A stretch of DNA of 64,000 nt from Longimicrobiales bacterium (GTDB lineage Bacteria; Gemmatimonadota; Gemmatimonadetes; Longimicrobiales; Gaopeijiaceae): assembly GCA_965248195.1 (NCBI GenBank), contig CBDFIQ010000002.1:1664001-1728000 (forward strand). The letters are read 5' to 3'. The notes under the pieces are model-generated. The model saw only the letters and a program-made list of their open reading frames with translations, was not told where the DNA came from and did no database searches. Shown here one piece after another: positions 54,575 to 64,000 of this stretch. The translations under genes and the position numbers were made by a program. Within the stretch, counting starts at the first letter, position 1; every line of letters begins with the position of its first letter.

Positions 54575-55950
54575 GGTAGTGTCCCTAGATTTGTGTAAAA
54601 GCGGATAAGCTGGACAGGAGGGAAAGAAAAACGGAAGCTCCTCTGTTGTTGTTCACTGTCACATGAACCCGGGAGTCCGGGTCTGCAGAGCAGGCTCGGA
54701 ACCGGAGAGGAGCTTCCGATGCAAGAGATTGTGGAGATCGGTCGGGCCACGCAAGACGAGCTACGCGATGATTTGCGCGAGCTGTTTCAAGGCGCGATCC
54801 GGCTGACGCTCGAGATGGTGCTGGAAGAGGAGCTGAAGGCCATGGTAGGTGCACGCCGCTTCGAGCGGGTGGGAAGCCGGAAGGACCATAGGAACGGCAC
54901 ATACCTGAGGCGGCTGCTGACGAGCCTGGGGCAGATCGAGGTCGCCATGCCCCGGAGCCGGGACAACGGTTCGCCGGCCGACGTGATCGGCCGCTACCAG
55001 CGCAGGAGCCCCGAGCTCGACGAGATGATGGTCGAGGCGTATGTGAGCGGCGTGTCACAGCGCAAGATGGGCGACGTCACCGAGGCGCTGATGGGCGAGC
55101 GTGTTGGGCGCTCGACGGTGAGTCGTGTGGCAAAACGGCTCGACGAGGCCGTGGAAGGGCTGCGCCGTGCGCCGATCGAGGGGCCTCACCCCTATCTGTA
55201 CCTGGACGCCACGTTCTTGGACGCCCGCTGGGCCCGCAAAGTCGAGAACGTGAGTGCGCTCGTGGCGTATGCAGTGGGCCCTGAGGGTCACCGACGGCTC
55301 CTGGCCGTCACGCTGGGCGCTGAGGAGTCGCAGCAGAGCTGGTCGGAGCTCCTCGAGCAACTCCAGGACCGCGGCCTCGGCGGTGTCGAGCTCGTGATCG
55401 CCGATGAGCACGCAGGCCTGGCAGCTGCGGTCCGCCGCTTCCTGCCCGAGGCACGCCGTCAGAGGTGTACGGTCCATCTGCAGCGTAATGTGGGGGCGAG
55501 GGTCCCCCACCGCCTACGCAAGCGCGTGGCGCGTGAGGTCTCGGTGATCTTCCAGACATCCGGACTCGCCGAGGCGAAGAAGCTCCTGGGCGAGTTCGGC
55601 GCACGCTGGAAGAAGGAGCTGCCCGAGGCCGTGGAGGTCCTGGAGCGGGGCTTCGGGGCAGCGACGCAGTTCTACGCGTTCCCCGAGGCGCACTGGCCCC
55701 GGCTGCGTACCACCAACAGCCTCGAGCGGCTGCACGGCGAGATCAAACGCAGGATCAAGGCCGCCGGCGCCTTCCCGGACCGGGCCAGCGCCCTCAGGCT
55801 CATCACGGCCGTCGCACTCAGGACCACACACGTCTGGGGCGACCGGCGTTACCTCGACCTCTCACTCCTCCAGAAACAGGAGGTCGCCCAAGCAGCCTAG
55901 CCGAAGGCGAGGAGCTTCCTCCGCTTTTACACACAAATCGGGACTTGACC
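54575..55950 (+). mobile_element. IS256-family insertion sequence
   Basis: IRs GTCCCTAGATTTGTGTAAAAGCGGA / TCCGCTTTTACACACAAATCGGGAC; no target duplication visible. Confidence 0.88.
54719..55900 (+). CDS. IS256-family (Mutator-like) transposase
   Basis: RNGTY.R, YLYLDA, IADEH.GL, QRCTVH..RN, RTTNSLERLHGEIKRR. Confidence 0.95.
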   Translation: MQEIVEIGRATQDELRDDLRELFQGAIRLTLEMVLEEELKAMVGARRFERVGSRKDHRNGTYLRRLLTSLGQIEVAMPRSRDNGSPADVIGRYQRRSPELDEMMVEAYVSGVSQRKMGDVTEALMGERVGRSTVSRVAKRLDEAVEGLRRAPIEGPHPYLYLDATFLDARWARKVENVSALVAYAVGPEGHRRLLAVTLGAEESQQSWSELLEQLQDRGLGGVELVIADEHAGLAAAVRRFLPEARRQRCTVHLQRNVGARVPHRLRKRVAREVSVIFQTSGLAEAKKLLGEFGARWKKELPEAVEVLERGFGAATQFYAFPEAHWPRLRTTNSLERLHGEIKRRIKAAGAFPDRASALRLITAVALRTTHVWGDRRYLDLSLLQKQEVAQAA

Positions 55951-55989
55951 GTAACGCGGCGATCTGGGGCGCAGTACGGCAGGTATGGC

Positions 55990-56505
55990 CTGAGGCGGGC
56001 GAGCAACGGTGCTGGAACCACAAGATGAGGAACGTGCTGGACCGGCTGCCGCAGCGGGAGCAGAGCGAGGCGAAGGATCTTCTCAGGGCCGTGGTCTACG
56101 CACCGAGCCGGGCCGAGGCGCTGAAGGCCCGCGAAGTGTTCGCCAGGCGCTACAGGCCGTGGTATCCGAAGGCGGTGGACGTACTCGAGGACGACTGGGA
56201 GCGGATGGTGGCGTTCTACGACTTCCCCGAGGATCACTGGAAGCATCTACGCACGACGAACGTGGTCGAGAGCCCGTTCGCTGCGGTACGGCTCAGGACG
56301 ATGGCGGCGAAGCTATTCAAGCGGGTCGAGAGCGCTACGGCGCTGATCTGGAAGTTGCTCTTGGTGGCCGAGAAGCGGTTCCGAAGGCTCGACGCTTCCT
56401 CACCTCCTCAAGGACGTGTTTGAAGGAAGGAAGTTCGAAAACGGAAAGCCCGTCTCAACCCAACAGCGGAAGAATGCCGCCTGATACGTTTACACACCTA
56501 TTGAC
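55990..56505 (+). pseudogene. 5'-truncated, frameshifted IS256-family transposase remnant
   Basis: QRCWNHKMRNV, FP..HWKHLRTTNVVESPF; frameshift near 56400; TTTACACACCTATTGAC end-like sequence. Confidence 0.85.
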
Positions 56506-56627
56506 CCAACCTCATCGTTGTAAGCGCCTGCGTGTCCGTCCATCCGCCTGCGGCGACTCCGTCGAGGCTTCGCAGGCGAGACAGCGGTGTTGAGTGGGAC
56601 GGATCCGTCTCGTGAAGGAGGTCAAAA

Positions 56628-56789
56628 ATGAACTGTCTTGTCTGTGGGAGTTTAGCGGTGGGGTTGTGTTCAAACTGCGGCGTTGCTCTCTGCAGGGACC
56701 ACTTGGCGGAGAGAAAACAGCATCGGGTGGGAGGGACGACTTTGGGGTGTCCGCACACGGTCCCATCAACCCCTGCGAAGAGCAACTGA
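56628..56789 (+). CDS. 53-aa Cys/His-rich zinc-finger-like protein (DUF2180-like), below the ORF-track cutoff
   Basis: AAGGAGGT RBS; MNCLVCGSLAVGLCSNCGVALCRDHLAERKQHRVGGTTLGCPHTVPSTPAKSN. Confidence 0.7.
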   Translation: MNCLVCGSLAVGLCSNCGVALCRDHLAERKQHRVGGTTLGCPHTVPSTPAKSN

Positions 56790-57118
56790 GTGTCATCCAG
56801 AGCTAAGACGCGAACGGTGGTTTCTCTTCGTCACGCCCGTAATTTTTGAGGACCGGAACCATTTTGAGGCGCTCGTACCCCGGAGCTGTCGAACCTAGGT
56901 GTACGCCGAGTTATTGAGGCCGTTTCCCTATCAGGTCCCCTGGCTTCGCGTCTTCGTGGAAGGTGTCGTGATCGACGACTCTATCTTTGCTGGCGTTTGG
57001 TGAGGTTAGGGCATTCGGCACGGTCCGCCCCTGTAATCGCCTAGGACTTTAGGGCAGGCTATAATGGTCCTCTAAACACAGGTACTGTATACAGAACAGG
57101 TTGAAAAAAATCCCGTAA

Positions 57119-59350
<2,232 letters not shown>

Positions 59351-59354
59351 GAAG

Positions 59355-59389
59355 ACGGCCACCCCCATCGTTCGGAGGTGGCCGTTTTC
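59355..59389 (+). terminator. katG terminator
   Basis: ACGGCCACC...GGTGGCCGT hairpin followed by TTT. Confidence 0.7.
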
Positions 59390-59560
59390 TCGTTCGGGTT
59401 TTGTATCTTTTTTGTATCAAAGCGCATAGCGGCTGCGACTGTAGCGTCGCCGGAGTAGGAGATGGGCGTGCGAGGACCTGATCCCCTCTGAAGCCCGTCT
59501 ACTGGAGTTGCAACAGAATATCGTCTCGCAGGTCTCCCAGCTCGATCCGCTCATCAGGGG

Positions 59561-59908
59561 TCACCTTCCGCGACGCAAGCGAATGGGCCCGAGCACGCCC
59601 CACCACCCGGGGACGAGCTGGAGAGCAGCCTCGATATGCTTTGGACCAACAACAAGGGTGACGCGGTCCAACACACGACTATACGTCGCAGCCTGGGAGG
59701 CCAACCGAGTCAACCGGTCCCGATTCGACTTGATCTCGTAGCCATGAAGAACACCGCTCACTGTCGCCAAGTCGATCCGAGCCTGGCCTTGGCAGAGCCC
59801 CAGTTCCTCGATCAATAGCGTGTCCGGGTGTGCCAACTCCTGTTGCTCCAGATACGTCCGAAGCGCCGGTCGCACCTCCGCATCTCGGATCACGTTGTGA
59901 GATGTCAA
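59561..59908 (-). pseudogene. Truncated sce7726-like (PD-(D/E)xK-type) protein
   Basis: EELGL....RIDLA...G.LHGYEIKS..D.L.RL..Q...YS.V.D; C-terminus lost. Confidence 0.7.
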
Positions 59909-59926
59909 TTCAGCACGGGAGAAAAG

Positions 59927-60012
59927 ATGACCACCGGCCAGAAGGCAAGATAGCGCGTCGCAAGCTGAGTCTGCTACCGCTGGCCCAGGAGTTCGGCAAC
60001 GTAAACACGGCG
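59927..60012 (+). pseudogene. IS481-like transposase N-terminal scrap
   Basis: MTTGQK / KIARRKLSLLPLAQEFGNVNTA in shifted frames. Confidence 0.6.
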
Positions 60013-60013
60013 G

Positions 60014-60255
60014 ATGTGGACGCCCCCCTGGTTGGCAAGTTTGACGTCAAATCGAGGTCGGTGGCGTTCAGGTCAGGTACTGTCGTATGTGCGACATCTT
60101 GATGCGACACTTCTGGCCGCGGGCCCGTATGGTGTTTGTGAGATCGGATCCAAATGGTGCCAGCGGAACTCGGCGGCCCTTCGCCTTGCACGGGTTTCCC
60201 GACCCGTCTTGTCGCCCGCGGGCCCTACCTTGTCCGACATCTGCACTATTCAGTG
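60014..60255 (-). mobile_element. IS110/IS1111-type right non-coding end without transposase (candidate seekRNA region)
   Basis: Minus strand ends GGGGGGCGTCCACAT; internal motif order resembles IS1111 right ends (recognition only). Confidence 0.55.
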
Positions 60256-60328
60256 GGAACCTCCGTGGCTGGTGCACGCCATCGCGCGGAAGCCATGCTG
60301 AATCATCCGTTCCGGGGGGTTGTCCAAG

Positions 60329-60701
60329 GCACGTAGTGCGGACGGCCGACCGCGCGACCGGACTCGGGCCCGAACGCCTCTCCGTCCTCGCATACGCCGG
60401 GCCCAATACGGTGAGCGAGTTCACCAATGCGGAGATGGTCTCCTGCCCGGCAATCTCGCGTATCGTGAAGGCGCTGGAAGAACTGGGTCTGGTCGACCGC
60501 AACCGCGGCGCGTCCGACCACCGACAGGTCATCGTGCGCGCCACCGCGAAGGGACGCAAGGTGATGGAGGCTGGTCGACGCCGGTGCGTGGAACGGATTG
60601 CCGAAGAGCTGCGATCCCTGGACCGTCGCGCCCTCGACGCCTTGGACAAGGCCGCACGCGTCCTCGAATCGCTCGAGACGAAGCTGCCCGTCGTACGCTG
60701 A
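60329..60701 (+). pseudogene. 5'-truncated MarR-family regulator
   Basis: GL...RLSVL, PAISRIVKALEELGLV.R, D.RQV....T.KG. Confidence 0.7.
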
Positions 60702-60765
60702 TTCCGTCCTTGATGCCAAGGAGCCGGGCTTGCAAAATACGTAACCAAAATGGGTACTGATTCCC

Positions 60766-60840
60766 ATGGGCATAGGCCGGCCGTAGAGGCGACGGATGTC
60801 TTCCGTGCATTGGCCGATGCGCCGCGCCGCATCATCCTCC
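60766..60840 (+). pseudogene. ArsR-family regulator N-terminal scrap
   Basis: DVFRALADAPRRIIL, out of frame with the upstream ATG. Confidence 0.5.
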
Positions 60841-60950
60841 ACCAGCAGCCATAGATCGCCCCATCCGATATCTTGAGAGCCTCGATGTAGTCTGCCCGCC
60901 CGGCATCGGTCACCACCAGCGGAAACCACCCCGCGCGGAGCATCACCAGC
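60841..60950 (-). pseudogene. Fic-family protein C-terminal scrap
   Basis: LRAGWFPLVV....RADYIEAL...D.G pattern. Confidence 0.45.
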
Positions 60951-61113
60951 GTCCGACACGGGACCAGACACGACCCGGATTCCCGCTATTTGATGCGGTT
61001 TTCCCGCTATTTCAGTACGGCGGAACCAGATATGGTCTAACGGCAAGAACGGCAGATCGTGCAGTCCTAGTTGAACTTAGGCGATTTCTTGCCGTGAATC
61101 ACATCATCCGTAC

Positions 61114-61139
61114 CACGCCTGATAAGCGTGAGGTCGGTA
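61114..61139 (+). repeat. tRNA-Ile(GAT) anticodon-arm fragment (att core)
   Basis: CACGCCTGATAAGCGTGAGGTCGGTA. Confidence 0.75.
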
Positions 61140-61380
61140 ATCGGATCTTCACCCCGCCGTGTTGTGAGTCTTGTTGTGAGTCTCATGCTACTTTGCACCC
61201 GGATCGACCACCTAAGATACGACACCGATGCCCAAAACACCGCGTGAATACTACGCTTTGTCGTATCTGCCTAGGTTCTGATCCTGAATGGGGTTCAGGG
61301 GGTCGCTCCGGGTCGAATCCAGTCGGTCCGACTTCGGCAATCGAGGGGTCGGTGATCCATGGCCGGTTCTCGATCGCGTG

Positions 61381-61523
61381 TCCTGTCGGTTGTCCTGTCG
61401 ATTGAACCCTGCAGATCACGACATCCAAGAATCGCGAAAGCGGCAAATCGCGCGATCCATCTAGGTTTTTCCGTCATCCTGCCGTGATTCCGACCCCTAC
61501 TCAGGCGCCTGATAAGCGTGAGG
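61381..61523 (+). repeat. 143-bp direct repeat, copy 2, ending in the tRNA-Ile core
   Basis: Matches 54243-54385. Confidence 0.9.
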
Positions 61524-61722
61524 CTCGCCGCCAGCACACCCTTGGGCTCACTAGGTCTAGTGCTGCTGGATGTTGGCGGCGCGGTCTGAAGGGGTGCGAT
61601 GTACGCGAACAGCTTCAAGCTCGCCAATGGCGGTCTCGAAACTGGCCTGAGAGTTGCAATCAAGAATCTCCCGCCTTGGAACTGGCTTCCCGCCGCCCTT
61701 GTCCCCCCCAACACGCCGACGT

Positions 61723-61813
61723 GAAGAGGGGCTCACGGTCCCGCGCAGGGCAGTCTGCCGCCGCAGGCGGTAGAGCGAAGCGCTGACCGGAGCGGGACCG
61801 TGAGCCCCTCTTC
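61723..61813. repeat. 91-bp palindromic element with perfect 22-bp inverted repeat
   Basis: GAAGAGGGGCTCACGGTCCCGC ... GCGGGACCGTGAGCCCCTCTTC. Confidence 0.8.
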
Positions 61814-61868
61814 CACCCGCAGAGAGCCCTCGATTGCCCCAAACTCCCGGTCAGTGTGATCTTTCTCC

Positions 61869-62810
61869 ATGAGTCTCGATTTGCCCCTCCCGGCCCCGGA
61901 CACGCCCACCCGTGCCGGGTATGTGACGCTACTTGGCCGTCCCAATTCGGGCAAATCCACGCTCATGAACCGCTTGATCGGACAGAAGCTCAGCATCGTC
62001 ACGGCCAAGGCTCAGACAACTTGGCAGCGCGTGACGGGTATCCACACTACCGATCGCGTTCAGGCTGTTTTCTTGGACACACCAGGCCTTCTCTTGGCAA
62101 AGGATCTTTTCCAACAATCCATGCTCGATGAGGCGTTGGAGGCGGTGCGGGAGGGAGACGTCATCTTACTTCTCGTGGACGCTACCGATCCGCTCCATGA
62201 AGCGGAAAAGACGGCCATACGTGAGGCTCTTTCACTGTCGACTTCTCACTTGATCGTCGTGATCAACAAGATCGATCGGGCCACACCTGAGGAAGTCGCC
62301 ACGATTTCCCAATGGGCCAAGTCCGAGCTCCAGGGCGACCCGGTCGGGGTGTCAGCGCTTCACGGTGACGGAGTGGAGGCGCTGTGGTCGGAGATCGAAA
62401 AAGTGTTACCCGAAGGATCGTTCCTCTACCCGCCGGACGACATCGCGGCCGCGCCGGTCCGATTTTTCGTGGGGGAGTTCATCCGGGAGACCGTCTTCGA
62501 ACAATTCCGCGAGGAGGTCCCGTACTCGGTTTTTGCCGCGGTTGACGAGTTTCGTGAGGATCAGGACCCCGTCTATATCAAGGCGAATCTCTTCGTGGAG
62601 AGGAACTCGCAGAAGGGAATTCTGGTCGGGGACCGGGGGACTGCGATCCGTGAGTTGGGCCGCTTGTCTCGCGAGAAGATCGAGGAGTTCATTGGGCGAC
62701 GCGTCTACCTCGAACTCCGAGTCAAGCTACGCCCGAAGTGGCGACGTAGGAAAAAGGACCTCGGTCGGTTCGGCTTTCGAGTGCCCGTCGGATACGCTGG
62801 CCATGACTAG
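61869..62810 (+). CDS. era: GTPase Era
   Basis: GRPNSGKST, QTT, DTPG, NKID, EEVPYS, SQKGILVG, KH domain. Confidence 0.97.
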   Translation: MSLDLPLPAPDTPTRAGYVTLLGRPNSGKSTLMNRLIGQKLSIVTAKAQTTWQRVTGIHTTDRVQAVFLDTPGLLLAKDLFQQSMLDEALEAVREGDVILLLVDATDPLHEAEKTAIREALSLSTSHLIVVINKIDRATPEEVATISQWAKSELQGDPVGVSALHGDGVEALWSEIEKVLPEGSFLYPPDDIAAAPVRFFVGEFIRETVFEQFREEVPYSVFAAVDEFREDQDPVYIKANLFVERNSQKGILVGDRGTAIRELGRLSREKIEEFIGRRVYLELRVKLRPKWRRRKKDLGRFGFRVPVGYAGHD

Positions 62811-63795
62811 AACAACGCAGATTTTGCTTGTCATCCTGCAGGGGCTGGTCGCGTCGGGCCACGTCGTAGGCCAAGACATCCCCCCGGATCCATCCCCTCC
62901 CGAAGGAGCGCTTTTTCTGCTGTTGCCCGTGGGAGCGGAGGGTGTATCCCTAGGGCGCGCCATGACCGCGGTCACCAGCCCGGAGGCAGCGTTCTGGAAT
63001 CCGGCTGGACTGGCGAGTCTTTCCCAGAGCGAGTTCCTGGTCATGAGAGGAGACCCGCTCGCGGGCGTGTCGACGGCGATTTCCTGGCTGATGGTAGGGC
63101 AGCCGCTCGGCACACTGGGTCTCTCGTACCATCTGCTCGATGGGGGTGAACAGAATCTCGTAGACGATCAGCAAAATGTCCGTGGTACGATCAGCATCCG
63201 GAGTCAGGTCGGTGTCGTCTCTGCAGCGACATCGCTGGCGCGCTGGCTCGATGTTGGTTTGAACATGAAGATTGTGCGGTTCGATCTCGACTGTCGTGGG
63301 CAATGCGACGACGCCGGCGTTCAGTCCAGCGGTTGGTCCGGGGACGTCGGGTTCCAATTAGAGCCCCTGGCGGGTGTACCGCTCCGACTCGGCGCTATGG
63401 TGGCGCACTTCGGCCCGAGGTTTCAAGTCGTCAACGCCGCCCAGGCCGACCCGCTTCCCACGAGAGTAAGGCTTTCTGCGGCCTACGAGGTTCTGCGGCA
63501 CTTCGATCCTCCGGCAGACTTGGCTCTGTGGATACGGGTCGAGGTCGAGGATCGCTGGAGACGGCCCGGGGAATCTGGCTCCTTCTACGTGGCAACCGAG
63601 TTGGTAGCTGGCAGCAGCGACGTGATCTTCCTTCGGGCGAGTCACGCCAGGGAGGAAATCAAAGAATCTGACGAAAATGCGTTCGGCCTCGGATTACGAT
63701 ACGAGCGTTTCGAAATCGCGCTAGCGAGAAGTTTCACGTCTTCGATTTTGGAGGGAAGTGAACCGGTGTACGTGTCCTTTGGCATCCGGTTTTAG
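62803..63795 (+). CDS. PorV/PorQ-like outer-membrane beta-barrel protein
   Basis: FLLLPVGA...SLG.A, AAFWNPAGLA, DPLPT, C-terminal Phe. Confidence 0.78.
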   Translation: MTRTTQILLVILQGLVASGHVVGQDIPPDPSPPEGALFLLLPVGAEGVSLGRAMTAVTSPEAAFWNPAGLASLSQSEFLVMRGDPLAGVSTAISWLMVGQPLGTLGLSYHLLDGGEQNLVDDQQNVRGTISIRSQVGVVSAATSLARWLDVGLNMKIVRFDLDCRGQCDDAGVQSSGWSGDVGFQLEPLAGVPLRLGAMVAHFGPRFQVVNAAQADPLPTRVRLSAAYEVLRHFDPPADLALWIRVEVEDRWRRPGESGSFYVATELVAGSSDVIFLRASHAREEIKESDENAFGLGLRYERFEIALARSFTSSILEGSEPVYVSFGIRF

Positions 63796-64000
63796 AAGGC
63801 TGTTGAAGGAGTACAGCGGGTCGCGGGCGTCCCTTGTCCGGGCGAGCCTGATCGCCGTGGGCTCGGTGCCGGGATGGGGTGCTGGAGGCGCCTCCGCCCA
63901 AGTGCTCGATCCGTGCCCGGTGCTGGCCGAACCATTTTTTCAAGTGCTCCCCGCGCGAACCTCATGCCCCTTGGCAGCGGGCCACCAGGACGCAGACGAG

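Noticed and set aside
57085..57099. SOS-box-like CTGTATACAGAACAG upstream of katG
   Set aside because: Spacing is CTG-N9-CAG rather than N10, and the LexA motif of this lineage is unknown to me
63800..64000. Start of another gene at the window edge
   Set aside because: Too short to assign a frame or product

Overview
GC-rich bacterial chromosome window, probably Gemmatimonadota. This assignment is inferred from the 16S sequence and from a gene repertoire that includes a eukaryote-like Ser/Thr kinase with beta-propeller, a duplicated orphan ABC permease, NHL/PAL-like proteins, SusC/SusD and a PorV-like protein. The first 48 kb encodes mostly secreted or periplasmic hydrolases and dehydrogenases, transporters, a divergent pilin pair, a subclass B3 metallo-beta-lactamase-like gene, an IS3-family element, an uncharacterised membrane protein + vWA lipoprotein operon and two disrupted genes. 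At 47-54 kb lie tRNA-Arg, tRNA-His and a full 16S-23S-5S operon with no tRNA in the spacer. The most unusual part is 53.9-61.6 kb, an integrase-free island. It is bracketed by copies of the 5S rRNA 3' end and punctuated by three tRNA-Ile(GAT) fragments with arm-type repeats. It carries katG, a 53-aa Cys/His-rich protein, IS256 elements, a probable transposase-less IS1111-type non-coding end (candidate seekRNA) and several gene scraps. The window ends with era and a PorV-like gene. Family names come from motif recognition only; no searches were run.
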